Assembly (NCBI GenBank): GCA_902593405.1
Contig: CACJIB010000002.1
Span: forward strand, 233 to 64,232
Reading direction: 5' to 3'
DNA: 64,000 nt
Origin: an uncultured Pelagibacteraceae bacterium
Lineage (GTDB): Bacteria > Pseudomonadota > Alphaproteobacteria > Pelagibacterales > Pelagibacteraceae
Part shown: positions 1-8,454 of the stretch, piece by piece
Position numbering within the stretch: the first letter of the stretch is position 1
Layout: the number at the start of each line of letters is the position of its first letter
Program-made: the position numbers and the translations under genes
The notes under the pieces: generated by a model
Databases searched by the model: none
Seen by the model: only the letters and a program-made list of their open reading frames with translations
Told to the model about the DNA's origin: nothing

Positions 1-1
1 A

Positions 2-379
2 TTTTTCAAATTTTACTTTGTCAGATGTAGAGTTATTTAAATCTTTATAACTACAATTAGTAATATTAAAAATTAAAGTTTTATGTTCAGCAAATCTATC
101 CCCTAAAAAACTTAGAAGCACATTAATATCATCGATACTTATTTCTTTACCTACAACAAATATAGGTTTATTTGGCAAATATTTATGCAGACCTGACAAA
201 AAAGTAGATATAATTGTTCCCTCACCAGTACCCGCGTCTAAAACGTTAAAAATTGGTGACCGAGTACTGATTTTTTCTATTTTTTTAAATAAATAAAAAG
301 CAATTTTTGATTTTTCATTAGTTGAGTTTACAAATGATAAATATTTGTCTCTAGAGTCAAAAAAAGTTTTTCTCTTCAT
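2..379 (-). CDS. Partial CDS (runs off window start), SAM-dependent methyltransferase-like protein
   Basis: Hand translation from ATG at 379: MKRKTFFDSRDKYLSFVNSTNEKSKIAF...VLDAGTGEG..., a class I SAM-binding motif I; frame open to the window edge; 8 nt downstream of bhmT. Confidence 0.7.
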   Translation of the reverse strand, partial: MKRKTFFDSRDKYLSFVNSTNEKSKIAFYLFKKIEKISTRSPIFNVLDAGTGEGTIISTFLSGLHKYLPNKPIFVVGKEISIDDINVLLSFLGDRFAEHKTLIFNITNCSYKDLNNSTSDKVKFEK

Positions 380-387
380 ATTTATTA

Positions 388-1428
388 TTAGTATTTGATC
401 TCCTTATTTACTTTTTTAAGAGATTTATCTGTTCCATGGTGAAAATGTTTACTCATATCTGGCATGTATTTCATTGAAATTGGTTTTTTGCCAATTGCAA
501 CAGACATTTCTCTAACATGATGAGCTTCAGCACCACAGCATATACCAATAAAATTTATTTTATTCTGAACACAATCTTTTGCAAACTCTGCCATTTCAAA
601 TCTGTTACAAAACAAATTATCTAAAGCTACTGGGAATGCATTTCCACCTGGAATACAGTCGCAACCATGATCAGTGATATTTAAGAAACCAGGTTCTTCC
701 TCTGTTGTTCTATAAGGTACTGGAAGTCCAGCAACATGACATGAAACTTTTTCTCTAACCTTTTTTAATAATTTCATTGTCATTTCAGGTCCTCGATAAC
801 AATTTAAACCAACTACATCTGCACCTAAATCTTCCATCATTTTGCACGCATCTTCAGCAGTATGACCTTCTCTAGTTTTATCCCCTCTAGGAATTGCAAA
901 ATTACAAACTGCAATAAGTCCTGCATCCTTAATTGCTTTTAATGCTATTTTCATTTCTTCTGTCCAATTTATTGTTTCTGCTATTACAAAATCAACACCA
1001 GCCTCTTTTGCCCAAGCTACTTGTTCTTCATACATTTGTTGACATTGTTTGTGAGTATTAGGATCCCCTGGATCAAATACATTTGTATTAGCCACGTCTC
1101 CGCAAACCATAAGATCTAAATCTTTAAACTCAGCAGCAGCATCTTTTGCAATTTTAAGAGCACCTTTTTGCATTGGTTCTAACAAATGTTCTTTACCAAT
1201 TATTCTGAGCTTTTCTCTATGACCGTAATAAGTAAATGCTTGAACAACATCAGATCCCGCTCTAATAAATTCTCTATGTAACTGAGTTACTACTTCCGGA
1301 TGTTCTAAAACTACTTCTGGAACAAATGGACCTGCTGAAAGATAACCTCTTCTTTCCATTGCAAAAAGATATCCTTCTGCACACATTATTGGGCCTTCAT
1401 TTAATCTAGTAATAAGATCTTTTTTCAT
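388..1428 (-). CDS. bhmT: Betaine-homocysteine S-methyltransferase
   Basis: Homocysteine S-methyltransferase motifs (REFIRAGSDV, Zn ligands GLNC and GICCG); BHMT-like segments AFTYYGHREK and AFPVALD. Confidence 0.88.
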   Translation of the reverse strand: MKKDLITRLNEGPIMCAEGYLFAMERRGYLSAGPFVPEVVLEHPEVVTQLHREFIRAGSDVVQAFTYYGHREKLRIIGKEHLLEPMQKGALKIAKDAAAEFKDLDLMVCGDVANTNVFDPGDPNTHKQCQQMYEEQVAWAKEAGVDFVIAETINWTEEMKIALKAIKDAGLIAVCNFAIPRGDKTREGHTAEDACKMMEDLGADVVGLNCYRGPEMTMKLLKKVREKVSCHVAGLPVPYRTTEEEPGFLNITDHGCDCIPGGNAFPVALDNLFCNRFEMAEFAKDCVQNKINFIGICCGAEAHHVREMSVAIGKKPISMKYMPDMSKHFHHGTDKSLKKVNKEIKY

Positions 1429-1439
1429 AATTTATCCTT

Positions 1440-2618
1440 TCATTTCATTATATTGTTTGCAACCCATTTGTGGAAATGATGGGTGGGATTATCCATCACA
1501 GGTGAAAAGTTTCCCCCATTATAAGATGGTGATTTTCTCCCATCTTGCATTCCCTCAATTATATTTAAATCTTCACTTTGAACTCCTTTCCAAAGTTCAA
1601 AGTTTTGTTTTCTAAGTGATTTAAATTTTTTAGAATTTGCTGCTTCGTTGCCAACATAATAAATTTCCATATGTTCTTTGGTGTATTCATTATTTACTGG
1701 TTCTAGCCAGTAAGCATAAAAATGGTCTTTATGTATCCCAAGCATAACATTTGGGAAAAGAGCAACATATTCAGCAATATGCTCTTGATCTTTTGGCCAG
1801 TTTGGAAATGTTGGAAATTTTAAGTTACTTTTAAACCTTGGATTATAAACCATAGTACCTTGTCCAGCAAAACGATTAGGTAATCCTTGAATATGATAAT
1901 GATCATCAATTTTTGAGTAAGAGTTTAATCCAGGATGAACCCATGGAAGATGATAACTTTCACAATAATTTTCTATTGCAAATTTCCAATTACATTTAGC
2001 ATTTAAATTAAAATAACCATAATCTTTTGAATAAACAATTAAGTCTCTATCTTGTATCGGCCAGAATTTGTTCCATCTATCACTTAAAGGTTTAATATAT
2101 TTTTCAAAATTAATTTCATTATTATTTAAATTAACAAAAATTAAATCTAACCAAACATGTGATCTGACTTCCTTAAGTCCGCTTTTTGATTTGTTAAATT
2201 TATTACAATTATGTTTATTCATTCCACCAATATGAGGTGTGGCTATTAACTTGCCACTCAAATTATAGGACCAAGAGTGATAAGGACATCTTATTACATT
2301 TTTAATTTTACATTTTTCTTGAAGAATTTTGTATCCTCTATGACTACAAACATTATGAAAAACTTTTATTTTTTTATTTTTATCTCTTAAAATAATTAAT
2401 GGAATTCCTAAAAGATCAAATGGTTTTGCGTCTCCAACATTAGGAATTGAACTACCAACACCAATTACAACCCATTTATTTTCAAATATTTTTTTTCTTT
2501 CAACCGATAAATAATCATTATTTGTATAGCACTCATTAGGTAGACCATGAGCTTTATCAATATTTTTATTTACAACTTTTATTTTTTTTAAATCGAGTAT
2601 TTGAGATAACTTTTTCAT
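1440..2618 (-). CDS. Rieske non-heme iron oxygenase alpha subunit (choline monooxygenase / quaternary-amine oxygenase-like)
   Basis: Rieske CSH...CPYH ligands; NWKFAIENYCESYHLPWVH mononuclear Fe motif; C-terminal QSED. Confidence 0.85.
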   Translation of the reverse strand: MKKLSQILDLKKIKVVNKNIDKAHGLPNECYTNNDYLSVERKKIFENKWVVIGVGSSIPNVGDAKPFDLLGIPLIILRDKNKKIKVFHNVCSHRGYKILQEKCKIKNVIRCPYHSWSYNLSGKLIATPHIGGMNKHNCNKFNKSKSGLKEVRSHVWLDLIFVNLNNNEINFEKYIKPLSDRWNKFWPIQDRDLIVYSKDYGYFNLNAKCNWKFAIENYCESYHLPWVHPGLNSYSKIDDHYHIQGLPNRFAGQGTMVYNPRFKSNLKFPTFPNWPKDQEHIAEYVALFPNVMLGIHKDHFYAYWLEPVNNEYTKEHMEIYYVGNEAANSKKFKSLRKQNFELWKGVQSEDLNIIEGMQDGRKSPSYNGGNFSPVMDNPTHHFHKWVANNIMK

Positions 2619-2893
2619 TTCAACTTTTATTAAACCTCCTTGTTTAAGTTGGAATTAATTAAAGCTAAATTTTACGATTCTCTTATAATGATTTGTTGAA
2701 ATACAGTTTTACAATTTAATATATAAACAAATTCTTTGAAAAAAAAATTTGCAGAAAATTTCATTAAAAAACTTTATCTCTTTACTAATCGCATTTAAAG
2801 ACAATTTGACTTCAATCAGAGGTTGAAAGATATTTGCAATCTTTTCTTTGATATGTTGTAGTATTACTCAAAAAATTAACTAACGGAGATATA

Positions 2894-3904
2894 ATGAAAA
2901 AATTAAAAACAATTCTATTTTCCGCGCTTTTAGCATTTGGTATGAGTTCTTTTGCAAATGCATGTGGAAAATTAGTTATAGCCGAACAAAACTGGGCATC
3001 TGCCGAGTTAATGGCAAACGTTGATAAAATCATTCTCGAAGAAGGATATGGATGTGACGTAGAATTAGTACCTGGTGCTACTATGCCTACATTTACCTCA
3101 ATGAATGACAAAGGAACACCTGACATGAACCCTGAGCAATGGGCAAATGCGGTTTATACTCCTTTGAAAAAAGCAGTAAGTGAAAAAAGATTGATTATTG
3201 CAAATAAAGCTCCAATTACTGGTCTTGGTGAAGGTTGGTGGTTAAATCCAGCAGCTTTAGAAAAACACCCAGAGCTTAAAGGAATGACAGCAGTTCAAAT
3301 TTTAGAACGTCCAGATTTATTTCCTGACAAAGAGGACCCATCAAAAGGTGCTTTCATGGGATGTCCAGCAGGATGGGGATGCCAATTAGCTAATGCAAAT
3401 TTATACAGAGCATTTGAAATGGAAAAAAAAGGTTGGAAACTTATTGATCCAGGTTCAGCTGCAGGTTTAGATGGTTCAATTGCTAAAGCATCAGATTCTA
3501 ATGAGCCATGGTTTGGATACTATTGGAATCCTACATCAATGGTTGGAAAATATAATTTACAGCCAGTAGATTTTGGTGTTCCTTTTGCAGGGAGAGATAA
3601 TTGGGATAATTGTATTACTCTTGCAGAACAAGATTGTGCAGATCCAAAACCAACAGCTTGGACAAAATCTGAGGTTAACTCAATTGTAAGTGCTAACTTT
3701 GCTAAAACTGGTGGAAAAGATGTTCTTAAATATGTTGAAAGTAGAACTTTTCCAGGCACAGTTATGAATGGTATGTTAGTTTATATGGCTGACAACCAAG
3801 CAAAAGGTTCTGATGCTGCAGTTGAGTTTTTAATTAAGCATGAAGATATTTGGACTAAATGGGTATCTTCTGATGCTGCCAAAAAAATCAAAAAAAGTTT
3901 ATAA
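2894..3904 (+). CDS. proX: Glycine betaine/proline-type ABC transporter substrate-binding protein
   Basis: Signal peptide; NWASA, CPAGWGC, DPGSAAGLDG and GYYWNP motifs of the OpuAC/ProX family; GGAGA SD upstream. Confidence 0.8.
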   Translation: MKKLKTILFSALLAFGMSSFANACGKLVIAEQNWASAELMANVDKIILEEGYGCDVELVPGATMPTFTSMNDKGTPDMNPEQWANAVYTPLKKAVSEKRLIIANKAPITGLGEGWWLNPAALEKHPELKGMTAVQILERPDLFPDKEDPSKGAFMGCPAGWGCQLANANLYRAFEMEKKGWKLIDPGSAAGLDGSIAKASDSNEPWFGYYWNPTSMVGKYNLQPVDFGVPFAGRDNWDNCITLAEQDCADPKPTAWTKSEVNSIVSANFAKTGGKDVLKYVESRTFPGTVMNGMLVYMADNQAKGSDAAVEFLIKHEDIWTKWVSSDAAKKIKKSL

Positions 3905-3916
3905 TTAACTTTTAAT

Positions 3917-3943
3917 TACGAGCCTATTTAATATAGGCTCGTA
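3917..3943 (+). terminator. Stem-loop after SBP gene (mRNA stabiliser or weak terminator)
   Basis: TACGAGCCTAT-TTAAT-ATAGGCTCGTA 11-bp inverted repeat; no strong U tract. Confidence 0.6.
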
Positions 3944-3956
3944 TAATTTAATATTT

Positions 3957-4841
3957 ATGGAATTTTTTACTGAATTTCCAGAACTGGGAAGAAGATCCCA
4001 AATGGAGCTAAGAAAAGGTATAGACTTAGCTTTTAGAAATTTTTCAAAAGAATATGGAGACAGCATAGAGGCGTTTTTTGATCCATTATTATTTTTTTTA
4101 GTATCATTAGAAAAATTATTATTATCCACACCATGGATAATAATTATTGCAGTAATTTGTGGATTAGCATGGCTTGGTTCAAAAAGTTGGAAATTAGTTA
4201 CAGGAAGTGCAATTGCTTTTTTATTAATTGGTTATTTTGGAATGTGGGAAGATTGTATGGCAACAGTTGCAATTATTACTGTATGTACAATCATTTGTAT
4301 TGTTGTTGGTATTCCAATAGGAATTGTAATGGCCAGATCCTCTAGAGCAGAAAAAACAATACTTCCTGTTTTGGATATGATGCAAACAATACCAAGTTTT
4401 GTTTATTTGATACCAATTTTAATGTTGTTAGGTATAGGAAAGGTTCCAGGGTTAATCGCTGTTTGTGTTTATGCAGTTCCTCCAATTATTAGATTAACTA
4501 ATTTAGGTATTAGAGAAGTTGATAAAGAGACTTTGGAGGCTAGTGAAGCTTTTGGAGCAACTACAACTCAAAAATTAAAATCTGTTCAAATTCCGCTAGC
4601 TTTACCCACTGTTTTTGCTGGTGTAAACCAAACCATAATGATGGCTTTAGCTATGGTGGTTATTGCTTCTATGATAGGCGTAAAAGGTCTTGGTGTGCCA
4701 ATATTAAGAGCTGTTTCTAACCAATATTTGGCTCTTGGTATGATGAATGGATTAGCAATCGTTGCTCTCGCAATTGTCTTTGATAGGGTAACTCAAGAAT
4801 ATGGAAGAAGGATCCAAAAGCATAGAGGTCAGATAAAATAG
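3957..4841 (+). CDS. proW: Glycine betaine/proline-type ABC transporter permease
   Basis: LDMMQTIPSFVYLIP and EAA loop (EASEAFGAT); multiple TM helices. Confidence 0.85.
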   Translation: MEFFTEFPELGRRSQMELRKGIDLAFRNFSKEYGDSIEAFFDPLLFFLVSLEKLLLSTPWIIIIAVICGLAWLGSKSWKLVTGSAIAFLLIGYFGMWEDCMATVAIITVCTIICIVVGIPIGIVMARSSRAEKTILPVLDMMQTIPSFVYLIPILMLLGIGKVPGLIAVCVYAVPPIIRLTNLGIREVDKETLEASEAFGATTTQKLKSVQIPLALPTVFAGVNQTIMMALAMVVIASMIGVKGLGVPILRAVSNQYLALGMMNGLAIVALAIVFDRVTQEYGRRIQKHRGQIK

Positions 4842-4903
4842 TTGATACTTTGATGCATCGAATTTTCTAGACTCATATTTCAAAATAAATAAAGATCTCC
4901 CCT

Positions 4904-5632
4904 ATGAATTTTTCATTGGAAATAGGTCCTAAAACAGAGGTTGATACAGTTCCAGCATTGTCTGATGTTTACATTACAATGCTACCTGGAGGTGATTATA
5001 GAGAGACTGCTGACAAAGCAGTAGAGCTTGTAAAGAAAGGATTTAACCCTGTGCCTCATTTTCCTGCTAGATCAATGCATGATGAAAAAGAACTTAAAGA
5101 TTATGTTTCTAGATGCAAAGATGGAGGAGTAAAGCAAGCATTAATTATTGGAGGTGGAAGAGAACCGGCAGGTAAGTTTGATAGTTCCTTTCAACTTTTA
5201 GAGACAGGTTATTTTGAAAAAATGAAAATAGGAATTGCTGGACATCCCGAGGGGAGTCCTGATATATCCGACTCAGATTTAGAAAAAGCTATGATAGATA
5301 AAAAGCCTTACGCTGATTATATTGTAACACAGTGGTTACTAGATCCTCAGCCTATTATAGATTTTATTTCTAAACAAAGCGTACCAGTGCATGTGGGAAT
5401 TACTGGGCCATTAAAAATATCTAGCTTAATTAAATTTGCTAATATTGTGGGGGCAAAAAATTCCTTAAACTTTCTTAAATCTAATTTTAGTAAGGCATTA
5501 GATTTGTTGAAACCTAAAGACCCTAATGATTTAATTGGGAAAGTTAAATCGCATACTGATAACTTCCACATTTATACATTCGGCGGCTTGAAGGAAACTA
5601 ACAAGTGGTTGAAGGAGAATAGTTATGTCTAA
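4904..5632 (+). CDS. metF: Short, divergent methylenetetrahydrofolate reductase-like protein
   Basis: PVPHFPAR, IAGHPEG and IVTQW motifs of the MTHFR fold; overlaps the next gene by 8 nt. Confidence 0.7.
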   Translation: MNFSLEIGPKTEVDTVPALSDVYITMLPGGDYRETADKAVELVKKGFNPVPHFPARSMHDEKELKDYVSRCKDGGVKQALIIGGGREPAGKFDSSFQLLETGYFEKMKIGIAGHPEGSPDISDSDLEKAMIDKKPYADYIVTQWLLDPQPIIDFISKQSVPVHVGITGPLKISSLIKFANIVGAKNSLNFLKSNFSKALDLLKPKDPNDLIGKVKSHTDNFHIYTFGGLKETNKWLKENSYV

Positions 5633-6983
5633 TGAATTTGACTATACTAAATTAAAACATGTTACTTCTGTTGATCAATCAGATAGAGAAGTACCATACA
5701 ACTTAAGACAAAGTGGACCAACAAAAGTTGAAATGTTAATTTCAACAAGGGTAAGAAAATCACCTTATTGGCATTTATCAATGCAGGCAGGTTGTTGGAG
5801 AGCAACTGTATACAATCGTATTTATCACCCAAGAGGTTATGTAAAACCTGAAGATGGTGGAGCTATGGTTGAATACGATGCTATCGTAAACCATGTAACA
5901 ATGTGGAACGTTGCTGTTGAAAGACAAATAAGAGTTAAAGGTCCAGATGCAGAAAAATTTACGGACTATGTGATCACTAGAGATGCAACAAAAATTTCAC
6001 CAATGAGAGCAAGATATGTAATTCTATGTAATGCTTATGGTGGAGTTTTAAATGATCCAATTCTTTTAAGAATTTCAGAAGATGAGTTTTGGTTTTCATT
6101 ATCAGACTCTGATATTGGAATGTATTTACAAGGTGTTAATGCTGATGGAAGATTCAATTGTACTATTGAAGAAATTGATGTCAGTCCAGTGCAAATACAA
6201 GGACCTAAATCAAAAGCATTAATGAAAGATCTATGTGGCGATCAAGTTGATTTTGATAATATGCCTTTCTACGGCTTAGCAGAAGCTAAGGTTGGAGGAA
6301 GAGATGTTGTAATTTCACAATCTGGTTTCTCAGGAGAGGCTGGTTATGAAATTTATCTAAGAAACTCTACTTTGTACGCTGAAGATATGTGGAATGCTGT
6401 TCTTGCAGCTGGAAAAAAACATAGCTTGATGGTTATTGCTCCTGCTCACCACAGAAGAATTCAAGCAGGTATACTTTCATGGGGACAAGACATGGATCAA
6501 CAACATAATCCGTTTCAATGTAATTTAGGTTATCAAGTTTCTTTGTCTGGAAAAGGAGAATGGAACAAAACTGCAGATTATGTTGGTAAGGCTGCACTAG
6601 AAAAAATGAAAGAAGAATTAAAAGCAGGAAAAAAACCTTACAAACTTCAATTAGTTGGTATGGAATTAGGCGGTAAACCTATTGATAATTATGCACCTGA
6701 CTTTTGGTTAGTTTCTCCTGAAAGTGGTGGTGATCCAGTAGGATTTTTAACATCACCATGGTGGCATCCTGAAAAGAAAACAAACATTGCAATGGGATAT
6801 GTTCCTTTCGATGGAACATTAAATGCAAATGGTTTTCCAAAAGGAAAAGTGGGAACTAAATATAAAGTTCATTTACCAGAACAATATTCAGAAACTCCAG
6901 GAACCCCTGTGGATGCTGTTGTGGTGGATATTCCATTCAAAGAGTCTTTCAACGCAAATACAAGAGAAGTTGTAAAAGGCTAA
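5625..6983 (+). CDS. GcvT-family THF-dependent aminomethyltransferase (DmdA-like demethylase, substrate unknown)
   Basis: GPDAEKF, VLNDPILLR, QIQGPKS, SGFSGEAGYEIY and RRIQAGILSWGQD motifs. Confidence 0.85.
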   Translation: MSNEFDYTKLKHVTSVDQSDREVPYNLRQSGPTKVEMLISTRVRKSPYWHLSMQAGCWRATVYNRIYHPRGYVKPEDGGAMVEYDAIVNHVTMWNVAVERQIRVKGPDAEKFTDYVITRDATKISPMRARYVILCNAYGGVLNDPILLRISEDEFWFSLSDSDIGMYLQGVNADGRFNCTIEEIDVSPVQIQGPKSKALMKDLCGDQVDFDNMPFYGLAEAKVGGRDVVISQSGFSGEAGYEIYLRNSTLYAEDMWNAVLAAGKKHSLMVIAPAHHRRIQAGILSWGQDMDQQHNPFQCNLGYQVSLSGKGEWNKTADYVGKAALEKMKEELKAGKKPYKLQLVGMELGGKPIDNYAPDFWLVSPESGGDPVGFLTSPWWHPEKKTNIAMGYVPFDGTLNANGFPKGKVGTKYKVHLPEQYSETPGTPVDAVVVDIPFKESFNANTREVVKG

Positions 6984-6993
6984 AATTTATTAA

Positions 6994-7024
6994 GGGGGAG
7001 CTAATTTCAGCTCCCCTATTCAAT
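6994..7024 (+). terminator. Probable intrinsic terminator
   Basis: GGGGAGCT-AATTTC-AGCTCCCC hairpin 10 nt after the stop codon; weak U-rich tail. Confidence 0.65.
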
Positions 7025-7028
7025 TCTA

Positions 7029-7139
7029 ATGACTAAAAGTTTTCTAATAGCAGTTTGCATTATTATTGCTATTGCTTTAATAATATTTCCATTAATTGTT
7101 TCTTATAAGGCTCAAAAAAATAAAAATAAAAAAAATTAA
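7029..7139 (+). CDS. Small single-TM membrane protein (36 aa), not in ORF track
   Basis: MTKSFLIAVCIIIAIALIIFPLIVSYKAQKNKNKKN; TAA overlaps the ATG of the next gene (TAATG). Confidence 0.6.
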   Translation: MTKSFLIAVCIIIAIALIIFPLIVSYKAQKNKNKKN

Positions 7140-7684
7140 TGTTTGCTGAATTTTTAAATATAATTTTTAAGTCAATAAAATTAGACAAAACTCTTTATTC
7201 AGATAATAAAAATTTTGGAGAAGCATCAATATACTTTGCTGGGATTATAATGATCCTAGATGGTATCGCTGGAGCAGTAGCGGCGAATACTATTATTAAA
7301 ACAGCTATTGCAATGTCTGGTCTAACTGCAATAGTTACTTGGTTAATATGGGCGATTTTTATTTTTGTTATTGGAGTTAAATTATTTCCTGACAAACAAA
7401 CCAAAGTATCATTCAAAAAAGTTTTAACAGCTGTTGGATTTGCACATGCTCCTGGTTTATTAAGATTTTTTGCTGTCACACCAGATTTAATGATACCAAT
7501 AATTTTTCTTACACAGTTTTGGATTTTTGCAGGTTTAATAATTTCGACTAAACAAATATTGAGTTTAAAATCCAATTTTAAATCTTTTGGGATTGTGCTT
7601 TTATCATTTTTAATTATTGCATTTTTATCTATCTCATTTGTGATGAGTAGAATGAATATGCTTCCGGTAAGTCAAATCAGTTAA
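7139..7684 (+). CDS. YIP1-family-like integral membrane protein
   Basis: About 5 TM segments; FKKVLTAVGFAHAPG motif typical of Yip1-like proteins. Confidence 0.6.
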   Translation: MFAEFLNIIFKSIKLDKTLYSDNKNFGEASIYFAGIIMILDGIAGAVAANTIIKTAIAMSGLTAIVTWLIWAIFIFVIGVKLFPDKQTKVSFKKVLTAVGFAHAPGLLRFFAVTPDLMIPIIFLTQFWIFAGLIISTKQILSLKSNFKSFGIVLLSFLIIAFLSISFVMSRMNMLPVSQIS

Positions 7685-7848
7685 AGTGGAAATATAGTCT
7701 TAGATACTCTACAAGATTTACATAATTTAAACCCGGTAAGAATTAAATTTTGAGTAACACTCTCGTCTTCCTCTTTGCATTCATCACAAATATTATTTAA
7801 TTCTTCGGTATCTACCTTTAGGTTTTTTTCATCAATTTTATCAATCAT
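7681..7848 (-). CDS. Small CxxC...CxxC metal-binding protein (55 aa), not in ORF track
   Basis: MIDKIDEKNLKVDTEELNNICDECKEEDESVTQNLILTGFKLCKSCRVSKTIFPL; start overlaps the stop of the upstream gene; exactly fills the gap. Confidence 0.7.
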   Translation of the reverse strand: MIDKIDEKNLKVDTEELNNICDECKEEDESVTQNLILTGFKLCKSCRVSKTIFPL

Positions 7849-8452
7849 TATCTGTCAAACCAGCACCTGCCGCACCCTCTTTTAAACTGTCACTCTCTTC
7901 AACAAAAGTTTCTTCGGATAACTTGTATAAATTATTCCATTCTTTGTCTGTAAAGTTATCTTCATTTTCAAGTAGATTGACCTCAATTGTATTCGCTATC
8001 TTTGGAAATTCTTGATCAATAAAATTTGAAAAAATATTTACATTTAGATTTAGTAGCATTTTTTTTTCATCTATTTTTACATTAATTTTTTTTCCTATAA
8101 TTTCTGATGAACGACTTATGAAGGAAATAAAAATTATCGGATAAGCAACATTTTTGAATTCAATTTTTTTTAAATTTTCTAAAACATTTATTTGATCTAA
8201 AAAACTAACACCTAAAGTAATTGGACAGTAAGGATTGTTTGATGAATAATTAGTTTCACTAATTAAATTTAAATTTTCAAATTTACTTTTATTTTTTTGA
8301 TTAAAATATTCATTAAGGTGCTTAATACCTGGTAAACTAAATAGCTCTAACAACCTTATACTTTTTCCTGTTTCCTCGGAAACTCCCCAAGAATATCCTG
8401 CTGCCTTTGATGCTCTTTTAACAGTAGTTTCAATTTCACTCAGTGATTTCAT
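7841..8452 (-). CDS. DUF3726-like protein
   Basis: N-terminal SLSEIE...KRASKAAGYSWGVSEE and C-terminal GAGAGLTDND-type signature. Confidence 0.7.
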   Translation of the reverse strand: MKSLSEIETTVKRASKAAGYSWGVSEETGKSIRLLELFSLPGIKHLNEYFNQKNKSKFENLNLISETNYSSNNPYCPITLGVSFLDQINVLENLKKIEFKNVAYPIIFISFISRSSEIIGKKINVKIDEKKMLLNLNVNIFSNFIDQEFPKIANTIEVNLLENEDNFTDKEWNNLYKLSEETFVEESDSLKEGAAGAGLTDND

Positions 8453-8454
8453 TA

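Noticed and set aside
2655-2893. SAM-II/SAM-V riboswitch upstream of the Rieske-bhmT unit (the minus strand contains AACUGUAUU and UAGCU)
   Set aside because: The P1 stem and pseudoknot pairing could not be built and the 3-prime A-run is missing; an Infernal search would be needed to settle it
5625-6983. Calling this gene dmdA or gcvT
   Set aside because: Longer and divergent relative to DmdA, with no gcvH/gcvP or glycine riboswitch nearby; only the family is supported
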